From Camelus ferus (taxonomy: Eukaryota): DNA of 64,000 nucleotides. How positions within the stretch are numbered: the stretch's first letter is position 1; every line of letters starts with the position of its first letter. Under the pieces are notes generated by a model. It was not told the origin of the DNA. It saw only the letters and a list, made by a program, of their open reading frames with translations, and searched no databases. Shown in pieces: positions 50,301 through 63,299 of the stretch. Where the stretch lies: NCBI RefSeq assembly GCF_009834535.1, contig NC_045696.1, positions 67,582,001-67,646,000 of the forward strand, in the 5' to 3' direction. The translations under genes and the position numbers were made by a program.

Positions 50301-51289
50301 CTCATACTTTGAAGAACCATAATTATTATTCTTTGATTACAAAGAAAAACTGCTAAGAGTGATGGGAAACTCTATAATGAAAAACAAAACAAAACAACAA
50401 ACAAATATATTCATGAATTATTCCACTTAAGAAAAAAAGAAAATAGGGGCTGCATGAAAAAAAAGAAAAAATAAAACATGACCACAAAGGAGCCTACTCC
50501 ATTGACACCATTTATCTACATTTCATTCCTTCGTACTGACTGGTGCAGCTCATAGTCTAGTAGGAGATCTTTGACATGAAAGCATTTAGTGACCTTCAGC
50601 AAATCAGCTAGAGTGTCAATGAAAATTCCAGTATTATTTTAAAAAATAATGAACATTCCAGCATTAAATAGGCAAAGTGAAAGAAAAAGTTAAGTAGCAA
50701 TGGGGTTGAGGTGGGGCTGGGGACGTTAATGCAAGAGCGAGAAGTTCTTTTAGGGTGGCGGGTAACAATGCTACTTCCAGCCTAGAGTAAGAACGAAGGT
50801 AAAATTCTGATGGAGAACAAGGGAGAACTCATTCATCTCTCTGGGGTCAGGCCCTCCTGTGGCGAACACACTGATATATATACCTTCCTTCCCTCTTCTT
50901 CAGGCAGATTTAACTCTGTCTTCTCTGCTCACCGAGTGTCTCAGGCAGACCCAACACTGCTCTGCATCCCTTGCTGCACTGACATCCCTTCCATGCCTGC
51001 CTCTCTCCTGTCCTTCCCAGGAACTTGTGAATCCCTCAGGGCACAGGTTCTGTATCTGGGCGTTCCCTGCACCCAGCACAGTGGCAGACATGCTCAGGAA
51101 ATGTTTGATGTTTAAAGAGTGAAATAGCAAATGGTAGTTCTGTTAACTCATCCTTTTGCTTCCTGCTTTTACCTAGCCCGTAAGAGTCAGAGCTGGCATT
51201 CGAACTAAGGCATTCTGGCTCTGGAGCCCACATTCTTAACCACATTTCCTGCAACAGTCCCATAACCTTTGATCTCAACATGTAGGGCT

Positions 51290-51800
51290 CATTATACAAG
51301 ATAAAGTCCTTAGTCTTTAGGCCTTAAAAGACTTCCCCACACTGGCCCTAACCTATCTCTCCAACTTTGTCTCCCAGTATTTATTTGTTCCTCCCACATG
51401 GGTACTTCACTCCAATGAATTTATTCCCTATTATGTTAAAATTCTACTCATCAGAAATAACATCACTTCGCTACTCTCATCCCGCTTCCGAATCTCTATT
51501 ACCATAATTTTAAAAACAACTCAAAGACTATCCACTCCATAACCACTTTTCCATTCCTGTCTCGGAATGTCCTCTCTCCTTTTTCTGAATTCTCAAAAGA
51601 CTGGCTGAACAGAGATTAAGTTACTTGCCACTTTCTGTCTTGTGTTGTGATTAGATGCAATCACACTGTACTATCCTCTATCAGACTATAAGCACCTTCA
51701 AAGGTACAACCCAGGTCTACCTATCCCCACGTGCCTCCAACACCTACCTAGCAGAGTAGCCTGCACATAGTAGGCCCTTGGCGAATGTTTTCCATATAAG
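51290..51800 (+). mobile_element. L2 LINE 3' remnant
   Basis: ggccttaaaagacttccccacactggcccta...cagactataagcaccttcaaagg...cctagcagagtagcctgcacatagtaggccc. Confidence 0.6.
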
Positions 51801-51919
51801 TGATTTTCCTTAAATAATCCTGGCCTCAACTCATATTTTGTTTATTCTATCCACTTAGAAGAGAACACCCTTCTCTTATTTTCTATTTCCTCCATAAAAC
51901 CTTTTCTAAATACCTAGAC

Positions 51920-52062
51920 TAAACTTCGGAAGTGATGTATATGTTTATTACCTGGATTGTGATGATGGCAATGTAAGTATATACATACATCCAAACCCAC
52001 CAAATTGTATGCATTAATTATATGTAGCTCTTTGTGTGCCTCAATAAAGCTGTGGAAAAAGC
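51920..52062 (+). mobile_element. Old L1M 3' terminal fragment
   Basis: ggaagtgatgtatatgtttattacctggattgtgatgatgg...ccaaacccaccaaattgtatgcatt...cctcaataaagctgt. Confidence 0.75.
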
Positions 52063-52084
52063 TTTTAGATGGAAAAAAAAATGT

Positions 52085-52316
52085 GTAGACCTAGAGTTTG
52101 GATTCTAATCCAGTCCTTCAATTTATTAGCTGTTAATATTGGTCAGATTACTTAACGTTTCTGTGCCTTGATTTCCTAACCTGGAAATAATAATAGCACT
52201 TACTTTACAGAGTTATAGTCTTTTCTGGAAGGATGAAATGAGTTAATTCCTATAAAGTACACACTGTATAATTGTGCTGCCATATTGTAACCACTCTATG
52301 AAAGTTAATCATTATT
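52085..52316 (+). mobile_element. MIR SINE
   Basis: gattctaatccag...ttattagctgt...ttacttaacgtttctgtgccttgatttcctaacctggaaataataatagcac...aggatgaaatgagttaat. Confidence 0.7.
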
Positions 52317-53479
52317 CCACATTCTCTCTCATGGTTTGTAATACTCATTTGGCAATGATTATCTACCAACTGGTGACATATGTTCTATTTTTGCTGAGAA
52401 CTTAAGTTTAAATCAAGTATTATTAATGGGTTTTTAATGGGCATATCTTGTCTTCTTAAGTAAAGCACGGGATACCTTATATTACTGAGCATATTCTATA
52501 TGCCAAGAACTTAGTTAAGTGCTTTCCATAAATATTTCATTCAATGCTCACAGTAACAGTATAAACTAGCCATTATTTCCATATTATAGATAAAACAAAA
52601 CAAAAATATCGAGAGAGTAAGCAATTTAAGTTGTCTAAGCTAGTGAGTTGTAGAGCTAGGACTGTGTTTGAAGGCAAGGATAATACTTAATTATATCTGT
52701 TTCCCAGAATGCTTAATAATGTTCATTAACACAATTACTATCTACATTCAATGCTTTTTATTGCTATCTACTTTGTGGCTATGATAATTGAAGCATATAT
52801 GTTTGGTATGTTAGCTTTTTGTTTTTAATACACCTTAATACAGAAACCTTATTCAATTTTAATATACTTTTTTAAAAAGTTATCTTAGGCTCCAATATAT
52901 GCCCACCTTCATGTCAATGACAAGCCAATGATATACTTTTCGTATATTTTAATATAATTAGACACTTTTTTTTCTTACTATTCTCCATGCATTTTTGCTA
53001 ATCTCTATCAACTCACATTTAGCTTTTGTCATACCCGCCGGATTAATGTTGCTTCTAGACACACTAGGCAGACTAGACAATACTTGCTCTTCATCTTCGA
53101 TTTACCAAGACGGGAAGTGGGACTGAGGCAGATAAGGAATGCGCCAATACTGCTTAGCGGGTGAAAGGCAGAAAAGGAACCATAACCAGGATTCTCTAGC
53201 CCCACTCTTGTGCTCTTTCAGCTAAGCTACGCTGTCTCCTGCATATAAGTGAATGTCATGGCTTTCATATTTTAACCCAGTCCATTCACGGTGTGGCCTT
53301 GGACTAGCACCGTCAGTTTACCCATCATTATCCATCATATCCCCAAATGGGAAGCAGTGGGAAAACATGAAAATAGGAAATATTAGAAAAAGTTAAAGTT
53401 CTGTGCAATTTTTCCACCTCTGTGCCTTTGCTCCCACTGCTTCCCAAATGTAATATCCTTTCTCTCCACGTCCTTAAAG

Positions 53480-53746
53480 CAGTGCTGCTCGGAATGCGGT
53501 CCACAGATGCTTATCTAAGAACCATTTCACACTCTGACGAGACAAATACAGAAACAGACAGTGTTTAAAAAATAGCATAGTAATTTGATTGAGTAATTTA
53601 TTCCTGTTAAATCTAGTCAGGATAAAACTCAGCCTTCCATTTTGTATTTTTTATTTCATTTTCTTAGTAACTAACTTTAATTGTACTCTGTGGAAATACT
53701 GGTCTCCAACAGATTAGGGAGGAAACAGAACATTCGAAAGGCACTG
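53480..53746. mobile_element. MER5C-like hAT-Charlie DNA transposon with 8-bp TSD, inserted in an L2 remnant
   Basis: Termini cagtgctgctc...ggcactg; TSD ccttaaag (53472-53479) / ctttaaag (53747-53754); internal gacgagacaaatacagaaa and gagtaatttattcctgttaaatcta. Confidence 0.8.
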
Positions 53747-54507
53747 CTTTAAAGGGTCCAGGTTCAAGAACCACTAATTCTTCTCCAAAGCATCCTGATG
53801 CTCTTGATGAATGGAGCTTTTACAGTTTTGAACACTTGATCTAAGCCTCTCTTATGCATCTTATAACTTTCCACCTAGATCGTGTGTTTGTGTGTTTTTC
53901 TTATCTTTCTTATATTTTTCTTATCTTTTCTGAATAATTACAGCCTCCCTGAGGACAGGTTATGTATCTTTCACACCTCATAACTGGCATATAATTCATA
54001 AACTCACATTACACTAATGGACTGGATGGATTAGCCACTGATAATTATTCACAGGTTTGAAGAGGGGAGAAGTTGAAAAAAAAAGATACAAAAGGAACAT
54101 CTTTTCCTGAACTTGAATTGGGAGTGGATTGAGAACAGAGTTTAGATAGTACCCAATTCCACATTTTGTAAATAAATATTTAGATCAGTGAGAGACCTGA
54201 GCCCACACAGAAACCATATTTCTGCTCAGTGAGAAACTAATAAATTGTCAAAAGTTAATTTTTTAAGTCAAATGTGTATCTTAAGAAACTCGACATCGCC
54301 CTGCCATTTCAGTACAAGCCACACAGACACATTTATGGCAGTCTCTCAGAGCCACGGCCGGAACACTCAGGTGTGAGCGCATGCGGCCACCTCCAGCGCG
54401 TCCAGACTCCGGTCCTTTACCAGTGGAGCTGATAACCCTCCTAGTGACTGATTACGGAAAATACAACAGCACCTTTACTCGGAAAGTCGGCTCCAGACCC
54501 CACTCAC

Positions 54508-54634
54508 CAAAGTATTCATCGGCGGGTGGATTTTCCATGTCGTACAGCATCTTCTTGGTCAGGTGCTCAAGCTCATCTTCAGGGCGGAATGAGGGGGTTG
54601 CCGCCGGAGGCCCCAGGGACCCTGTCTGTCCACC
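54508..54634 (-). CDS. LPP: LPP internal coding exon (127 bp, phase 0 to 1): GGQTGSLGPPAATPSFRPEDELEHLTKKMLYDMENPPADEYF-G, end of the proline-rich pre-LIM region
   Basis: The minus strand reads ...gttttctgcctttcAG|GGT GGA CAG...TAC TTT G|GTGAGT: pyrimidine tract plus AG acceptor (54635-54636) and a consensus GTGAGT donor starting at 54507. SFRPEDELEHLTKKMLYDMENPPADEYFG matches LPP as I recall it. Contained in track ORF 54452..54652. Confidence 0.96.
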
Positions 54635-57600
54635 CTGAAAGGCAGAAAACAAGAGTCCTTTAAGTGCAATCTAGACATCAACCAAGGCAATCAAGCGTGT
54701 TTGCATGGTAGAGGGGCAAGCGCTGGACTTGGCTGTTAGGAGGCCTGGGATTAAAATTGGTTTTATCAGCTGCTCAGTGTCTGACCTTGGAGGCACCGCC
54801 TTATTCACTTGCTTTATCCAAATGAGCCGTCTATTGGGCTTTAGAAATCCATGTTTACAAAGAACGGGACTCTATTTCATTCAACACTGCTAAGCAGTGA
54901 CTATGAGCCAGTTGCATATTTATTAAAAAAAAAAGATTAATAAATTGGGCTTCCTCCTACGGAGCTGAGTCAGGTGAGTGATACAGGCACCCTAATAATT
55001 AAAGGTAACTCCCTAACCAGGGCACAAAGGGGGCCTGAGGGAAGCAGCCCAGAGGAGAGACGTTGGCACAGACTAGGACTTATTTAGCTGAAGGAGAGGA
55101 AATATACAGGTTGTGCTTTCTCACGTTCAGGTGAGGAAAAAGCCAGGGGGCATAAGGAGCTCCAGGCAGTTGCGTATTTCAGGACAAGGTATAACGTTTG
55201 AGATAAGAAAGGTACGGGGTCCAGAAAGTGAAGGACCTTGTGTTTCAGGTAAGGAGGTTGAGTCATCCCCTCTGCCCTCAACCCCCATGCCGAAACACTG
55301 CAAACTGCCAGGTATCAAATGAGGGAGGTAAACCAGCAGCACTGACAATGGATTGGTGTTTAGATACGTGGATGCACTTGAACTCTAGCAACGTAAGGGA
55401 ATCAGGTATCAGGTGAAAGAACAGCTGCAGTAATCAACCAAGAATCCAGAGTATGCAGAGAAGGACGACCGGATGCCAGATGTAAAATAGCTTTGTGCTG
55501 TGTAAATAAGATGAGATTTATTATATTTTCCTTTGGCTAGATCACAGCTTTGACCATTTCCAACATCACACCCCAACATCTGCAAAGTGTTAAAAAGACA
55601 CTGTTATAAAAGATTTGCAGATGATGGTAATGATGTTCCTGTGGTTAATGGGAAGAGCCGGGGTTGGGAATGCTCTTCCTTGACGTTTATGCATTCTTAA
55701 AATTGTTGACCAAGACTTTCCCCTTTTACTCTAGTTTACAAGAATCAGTTCAACAAAACTTGAAAGCTGCTTATTCATTTACCCATTATCTTCTCTATAC
55801 CAAATGAGTTTTTGGATGTAAAAATCTTGTAAAGAACAAATCCTTATACAAAAAGTTTTGTTATTACTACCACCATTTATTTCAATAACTCCAAGATGGG
55901 TATTAAATATTTGTGTTAGTCTAAGGCATGAAATCCCTTCTAAACACACATAAAATTGCTGATTGGTGCTTATTTGGTCTTTTCTCTATAGTTACCTTTC
56001 ATTTCTCAGGTTTAAACAATGTACAGAAAATTAGAGTACAGACATGTAGATGGCTCAAGAGACCAATATATTTTTTTATGTTGGCCACTACCCTTACCTC
56101 TGGGATTTTATTTCATTGTCAGATAATTTGGATTGGAGATTGGACAGTGGTGAATAAGCTATGGCATGTGGCAGGAGACAGATAAAAAATAGAGCTGCAC
56201 GCTGGCATCTGAAGAATCATTACCTCAATCTACTCATTGTGGGATAAAGAAATTGACACCCCAAAAAATCAGGGCAGGGCTAATTATGATAAAAGCCAGG
56301 ATAAGAGCCCATCCTGGAGTCACTTATGTATTCTATAAACATTAAATGTTAAACTCCTCTAAACTGCAAATAATGCCTGCTCTATAGAGTTAGTGTGAGG
56401 GTTAAAAATGTTCTTAGATCATTCATATTTCTTTTGTTTACTTGTTTATCTGCACGTTCTTACAGCGTCTACTTTGTGTACCTTCTGCAAGCATCAGGGA
56501 AGAACACCAAGATGTATTAGACACAGTCTTTGCCTTTGAAAGGCCTAGAGTCTATCTAGTAGGGGTGACAAATGTACACAAGTGATTAATTATAAAAAGC
56601 ACACTCTATTGGTGGGAGTGTATGCAGATATGGACATTGGAGGGGTGATTCCTAGTATTATTAAACTTCAGATTGCTCTTATATGCTATCCACTTTTAGG
56701 AAAATGTTACAGAAATACTCAAATAAGAACATAAAATTATTTGTGGATATGCATTGTGATAGTGGCATTGTGGTTGGAGATAGATTTAGCTTAGGTGAAT
56801 TTGTGAACCTTTCAGAACTTCAGATTCCTTCCTGTAAAGCGGGCTTGCCAATGCTACCCCATAGTCTTTGTGAGAATAAAATGAGATAGTTTGCATTTCA
56901 CACCATATACAGCTTAACTACTTTAAAGCCATGGTAACAAAGGGTCTCTGGATCTCCCAACCTGCCTCTGAGGGAGGGGACTATTTTAGTTCAGGTGACA
57001 ACACTGAAGATGAGATGGGAAAAGTATCTACATCTTTTTTTGCAAGTTTGCAATTAAGAGATCTTGAGCCCCATATTTGGTGTCATCTGACTCCAAATTC
57101 TATGCATTTTTTTTCCAACCAAGCATTGCTTTCCATAGACTAAGTGTTAGAAAAGTATGAAATATTCATAGTATTAGCTGTTTTAATTTAAATCAACTAG
57201 TAAAGAAAATCTGACAATTCCTGCTTCCAGGGTTAGGGTGAACCCTCAGGGAATGGACACAAATTTATCACTGTTTGGCCTTAATACCTGCTTGCTTCCC
57301 TTTTAGGCATAAACATAGGCAGCGAGAAAGCCAAGTGTGTCCTCTGTAAATCTAAGAGACAGTAATTCAGATTCTACCCTGAGCACCTACGTTTCAAGCA
57401 GAGGTCTAATTTCAAAGCACTTACCTTGTCAGTATTCCACAGATTTTAAGAAAAAAATGTGTATATCTTTCCTTTTCTTCTACAAATACTCCCTCCTGTT
57501 TGCTTGTGACACTTTCTGAAATAACACATTTGGAAAGGCTCTTTTCTTTTAGATTCTAATCTCACATAATGCTGATCTTGGATTCCTAGTATTTCCTATG

Positions 57601-58139
57601 AATAAAGACCCCAAGAGATCATCTCTTCCAGTGTTTCTGGGCCTTATTTGGCGAGAGAAGTCTCCCCACCTCCCACTTCTGGTGCGTAATACTTAACACG
57701 TGTGGAATCGACAGCGGTAAAAAATAAGTTCTTTCCAGTTGTCTCTCTCACCTGGGAAGATATAACCCAGGACTTTTCTTCCGGGTTCAAGCTCATAAAC
57801 AGTAGTTTAATACTCTTCTCACTGGGATGATGAGATCTCTTTCAATTTCTCTCTCCCAGGAGTTCTTAAGACTCAATGCATCCTAAGAAAAATTAGTAAG
57901 TCTGTCCAATTCATTGTTTAATAAGCAGCTTCTAAAATTGTGTCTGGGCAATAGAACACGACTGAAAATTTGTTAGTAGGGGTGGGAGAGGGTTGGCATA
58001 GGATGCTCTATGTTTTTTTTTTTTTTATTTCTTCAAAGGTAGAAATGTGAATAGAAGCAGCAATGTATTCATTGTGACAAAATAAAATTCCTTGTATCTA
58101 TATGACCCTTTTCAAGGTGCCAGCTTCCATATATGTGCT

Positions 58140-58320
58140 ATCACGAATATTTATACAACAGCCCTGGACAATATATATTCTTATTTTATGGATGAGGAAA
58201 CTGAGGCTCAGAGAAGATGAGGAGCCACTCTGTGTGAAGTCCCAGCCCTGAAGGACGGCAGAGCCCTAACTGAGACCAGGTGTGCTGAGTTGGGCGTGTT
58301 TCTGCTCCACTTCGATGCCT
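58140..58320 (-). mobile_element. MIR SINE remnant
   Basis: acaacagccctgg...attttatggatgaggaaactgaggctcagagaag. Confidence 0.7.
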
Positions 58321-58890
58321 CTCCAGGTTCCCATGCTATTGCCTCCAAGCCCACTAGCTCTATTATTCTGTAGTAATTTGGATTTTAATCTACTGACCAT
58401 ATTATCTATGCAAAGATTTTTTTTTCTCAGAGCGGAGGCTTACTGCTAAATAGTGAAACAAAAGCACTGCAAAACAAATAAAAACAAAGCCTCTAGCCTT
58501 TTCTAAGAATAAGACATTCTTATAAGTATCAGTATTAATCACTAATATGTGTGTTCTTTGAAATACCTGACCCCTACTAAAGGCAAAAAACATTATATGA
58601 CCCACAGGTCAGTTATTGAGAAATAAATTTCAGAGAACTCCTTCAAAATTCTCTTAACATACCTTTCCTTAGGAAATGCCAAGTACTAAGCAATACCATT
58701 ATAACGTCAAATTATTCAGGATTCCTGCTCCCGACTACTCAGCTTAGGAAGAAAGAGATACGAAAACAGACAATTACAACAAAGTGCACATACTAAAACA
58801 CAGGTATGATTCAGGGTTCTGTGATGGGAGAAATGAACAGAAAGGAGGTGACCTCTTAGCGTGATACTAAAGGATAGACTGGATTTCACC

Positions 58891-59037
58891 AGAAGAAAGG
58901 AAAGAGAGAAAGAGAGAGAAAGAGAAAGAAAGAAAGAAAGAAAGAGAGAAAGAAAGAAAGAAAGAGAGAGAGAAAGAAAGAAAAGAAGAAAGAAAGAAAG
59001 AAAGAAAAGAAGAAAGAAAAGAAGAAAGAAAGAAAAG
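58891..59037. repeat. 147-bp pure purine (GAAA/GA)n tract inside an L2-like remnant
   Basis: Only A and G from 58891 to 59037; it generates the K/R/E-rich and F/L/S-rich track ORFs. Confidence 0.95.
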
Positions 59038-59349
59038 CCATTCCAAGAACATTATGTATAAAAGAACAGGTGGGTTAGCAAATATGTGAAGAAACAGAGG
59101 AGGAATGGAGCTAGGATGAGGCTAGAGAAATGAGCTGTGGTCAAAGTCAGGACTGTTTTAGGCAACAGAGAATCATTAGGAGATTTAAACATGGTGGGCT
59201 GACTTTACTAAAGTCATGCTTCTGAAATATGACTGCTGGCAAACATCTCAACACCAAAGCCAATGATGCCTTAAAAAATGCAACCAGACGTCACGGTATC
59301 TGAGCAATTTAATGGCTAATATGCTTTAAAAGGACTGATGTTTACTAAG

Positions 59350-59460
59350 TGAGGCAGAGACTGCTAACTGCTTGCCAAAATTTGTTTCTTCCCTCTTCTG
59401 AACACATAGCTGGAGTACATTTTCCATCCTCCCCTGGAGCTAGATGCGGCCACAGGCGGC
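59350..59460. mobile_element. MaLR LTR fragment (MLT1J-like)
   Basis: tgaggcagagactgctaactgcttgccaaaat..ttcttccctcttc..cacatagctggagtacattttccatcctcccctggagctagatgcggccaca. Confidence 0.6.
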
Positions 59461-59656
59461 ACAGGAAAGAAGGAGCTTACGCCCTGGAGGCGAGCCGTCC
59501 ACTGACCAGCTGGCCTGTCTCTCTTACTGAAAGGAGCCTGGGAAGAAATACGCTCAGAGATTAATGGTTGAAAGTGATAGTGATGTGACAGTGGTTTAAA
59601 TTCTTTTTTAAAAAATATTTTCCCTTCTCTACAATGAAGATTTTTCCTCAGATGTG

Positions 59657-59713
59657 AAATATATATATATATTTATATATAAAATATATATATATATATA
59701 TTTTTTTTTTTTT
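59657..59713. repeat. (TA)n microsatellite followed by T13
   Basis: Read directly. Confidence 0.9.
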
Positions 59714-62700
59714 CCTCTGACATGAAAGTGTCAGGAAACAAATGTCCTGGTATCTACAATAGCTTCTCTCTGCCATGGTTCTTTTCTTGATAGGGACCCA
59801 ACTGATTATCATTGTAGGGGAGGCTTACTATGAGTACTGCAGCCAACTTTGGGCCTAGGGCCCTGGTAAAGGTTACGGGCGAGACTGCACCAAAGTGAGG
59901 ACGGTCCCTGCAAACGAAATGCACACGGACAGAATCTGCTTGGTGAGTGAGAGCACTCCACCCGATTAAGAAGGACACAAATAACAATACCTGTCATGTA
60001 TTGGAAGTGCTGTGTGAATTCCTACATCCGAACCCCTAGGTACCTACAAGAGGCCGTTTCATCTCTCTGATCTTAGTTCTGCTTTTAACTTGTCCAGTAA
60101 TTGTGATCAAATCATTTCTATTCCCTGAGCCTCGGTATCTTTATGTGTAAAATAGTGTTTTCAAAGACTCCTTTGATTCTACTCTATCATATTTTTGTGC
60201 CCATAATATGCAAGACACATATCATTACAGATATTTATAGTGAAATCACAGATACTCATATTTATGAATACTTTGTAGTTTATAAAAACAGACACACACT
60301 GAGTAAGTGGAAACCTCATTATTACAGAGATTTCCATTTACAGGAGAACTTAAACCACTTGTCAGCACCCCCTGAAACAATCTAGAACCTCATTCAGCAC
60401 TCCGAGTCTGAGTAAGCAGCGGGCAGGTCACAGGTTTTCTGCAGCACACTGAACTGTCACTACATGTGGGGCATGAAGTCAAGAACACACAAAGGTTAAC
60501 CGCCCTTCCCTACCACTGCCCCTCTGTGGCTGGAGAAAGGAGAATTCCGTCCCTCCTAAAGAGAAAAGGCAGCGTGGTAAACACCCTGCATGAAAGACGC
60601 AAACAGCGAAGACCCCCAGGAGAACACCCCCCCACCTGGAATCTTTGCCACCACCAGTTTAACTATGGAAATGTGTGTGCTAAGGCTCCATTTTACAAAA
60701 TGGTTGCCCAACCTGTCATCACATCAGCCTCCTGGGTGACTCTGCTCCTGACCTCAGCGTAGCTCATTTTTCTCCCGGAGTCCTTATCCCCGGTTGATTT
60801 CCTAGCTGCATAGTGCTAGGTAACTTGGACTTAGTGCGGATCTGAACCTTACCAGAAAAGCACCGCCCAGGCAGATAAAACACCAGGAAAAGGCAGCCAA
60901 GATATTCAGAGAGATTACATGATAATGAATACTCTATCACTCTGGGTACCAGAGCTGCTCATTTTTCTTGTCCATTTGCAATGATGTACAAGAGGTTCCT
61001 TCTCTCAGAGGGAAAATAACTTCAATTATGTGTTCTTGAAAAAAAAGAAACATTGAAATTATCTTCTTTCAAAAGGTAGAATTAGCCCCATTTTGGAGCT
61101 GAAAGCCTGCCAGAAAAAATATATTTCTGATATTTTCGTTCTTTTTTTTCTCCCCCTATTTAACTGTGTCAAGTTTGGAGTCTGCAACTTCCTGAGGCTG
61201 CTTCTACTTTCTGACTCTAACTGAATTATCACCTTCTACGCATAACGTCTCACTGGGTAGTGGAAGGAGCCCCACCTCAGGCCAAGGGCAGAAGATTTGC
61301 TGGACACCCGGCCCACTTCATGTGTAAAGCAATGAGTCACAGACAAGGAAGCACGGAGGAGAACCAAGCGCGGAGGAGAACCACCTATTAACAATCAGAA
61401 ACCCACAAATGAACATTCCTCTCCCAGGTTCATGGGAGCAGAAAGCCATGCTCTTAGTTCTTCTACTGCTAAGGTCCCTTTTCTTGGAGAATGAATGGTA
61501 TGGGCACAACGAAGACCACCCAGAAAATGTGACGTTAAAATTTGATTCTAGCTTGGAAATCCATTCCAGTTAGTCTTCAACTTTCAAAAGCTTGATTTTT
61601 CACAACTTCTTTTTCATATTCATTTTCTTATGCCATGCACTGATGCCCCTAAATCACTTTTCTCAGGCCAGATGTGGAGTCATAGCCAAGGACTGATGAT
61701 TCTGAATTGTGACATGGTGCAGCTGCAGGACGTCACTGCAGCCAGGGAAGTATGGGTGCCCACCAAGAGGAGGTGGTGTCTGCACACCAGGGTGTGATGG
61801 TGATGCGGGATGAAGCTGAGAGAAAGTGCCTCCCTCCGCACCCACCACTCTCAGTCCCCAAGCATCAGGGAAGCCTCAAGAGTGCCCCGGCCTGGACCAG
61901 GCTTGTTCCTAAGCCTGATGTCTAGGTGCCTATCTCAGTTCCCTGAGGGCTTGATTCTCTTTTACTGTTTATCTCATCTATAACTGGAAGATAATAATAT
62001 CTAATTCATAGGAAGAATCTTTGTAAAATATCAAACATCAAATAAATGACAGTTACAATCACCAGGCAGGACATCTTACAAACCACCAACAAAGATGATT
62101 TTCTTCTTGGAAGTGGCATGTCTGCAGAGTGATAGTGTCTCTCCAGTAAATCTCCACTCTTCTATTTGCTGATCTGGTACTTCAGTCTAATCTATTTGAA
62201 TTTCACATTAATTGTAAAATTACAATTTTTGTAAAAGAGATGTAATTACTCTAAGTTCTTTTAACTACAAACCTTCAAATGCATGACATTTGGGGAATAT
62301 GTGCTTTGCTGGCTCCTCAAATCACTATACTCTCTACGCCGTAGCCTTTGGCGCCAAAGATGAATGGTGAAGCAGAGCTCATGTTTGGTTATTCAGAGCG
62401 AAGCAGCCTCCCTTATGCGCTCCTGCCTAGATGAGCTCCAGGCAAAAAAAGGCACAACTGCAGGTGCTCTCCCACCTGGGAGGCAGGTAGGGAAGGTGAG
62501 AAGAAGGAGCCCCAGATCCTCAGGGTCAGGGAGAAGCCAGAGCAAAGATCTCTCGCCAGCCTACATCCAAGTTCTCAGTTCACGGCTACTCCTCTCCATA
62601 TTCCCATATTCTCCGTGGTCGCCACACTTTAAGAAGGCAAACCCTCCTAAAAGGAGAAAGCCAGTGGCCTCTGTGGCAGGTGATAAGATCTCTATCAATT

Positions 62701-63299
62701 TGCTCCCGTCCTATATACCACCTTACATGATTCCTACACAAGGCTAAAAGAAGCTGTTTCCATCACACTACAGCTAAAACCTACATGCGTTTCTTTCCGC
62801 CATTAATTAGGCTTTATGTGTGTTATGCACAAGGGATTTGATATAACAAAGGCAAGATGATGATAAGACATTATTTCCATTGGCAGCCTTCACCTCAGCA
62901 AGGCTCAAGACACAAAAGTTTGATGAATGGGATGAAATGTTCATGGCTGTGTTTTCAAACTAAACCCAGGTCTTGGTCTTGGCTATGCCCTACTAGTACT
63001 TGGCAGCGACTTCCGCTGAGAAGACATCTTTGTTCGGTTGCCTGGAATGATGCAAAAGGACAGTTGCACCAACATTGGGAAGAAAGGTGTTACCACACTG
63101 CACTGCTTTCCATATTTTGTCCTGTGGAAAAGCTATCCTCAACCAGACATCCTCACATTTGTCTACCAGGGCTCTAGCCCCCACCGTGGCTCTAATTCAC
63201 TGGGTTCAAAATGAGGTTTTACCAATTCCTTATTGTTAGATATTTTGATCGTCTCATAATTCTGGTTATTATGTAAAAACCAGGAGGACATTAAAATAA

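Larger units (their letters stand above)
4006..54507 (-). other. LPP: 50,502-bp GT-AG phase-1 intron between the pre-LIM and LIM1 exons
   Basis: Starts GTGAGT at 54507 and ends TTTCAG at 4006 on the minus strand. Candidate branch point CTTAAC at 4029-4034, branch A about 25 nt upstream of the exon. Confidence 0.92.

Noticed and set aside
54381..54638. 85-aa plus-strand ORF
   Set aside because: Antisense shadow of the GC-rich LPP exon; no independent evidence.
58861..59061. Lys/Arg/Glu-rich ORF and its Phe/Leu/Ser-rich antisense ORF
   Set aside because: Translations of the (GAAA)n tract.
60393..60420. TTCAGCAC as a REST site and TGAGTAAGCA as a Maf/NRF2 site
   Set aside because: The REST right half-site (GGACAG) is absent and the MARE has a core mismatch; too weak alone.
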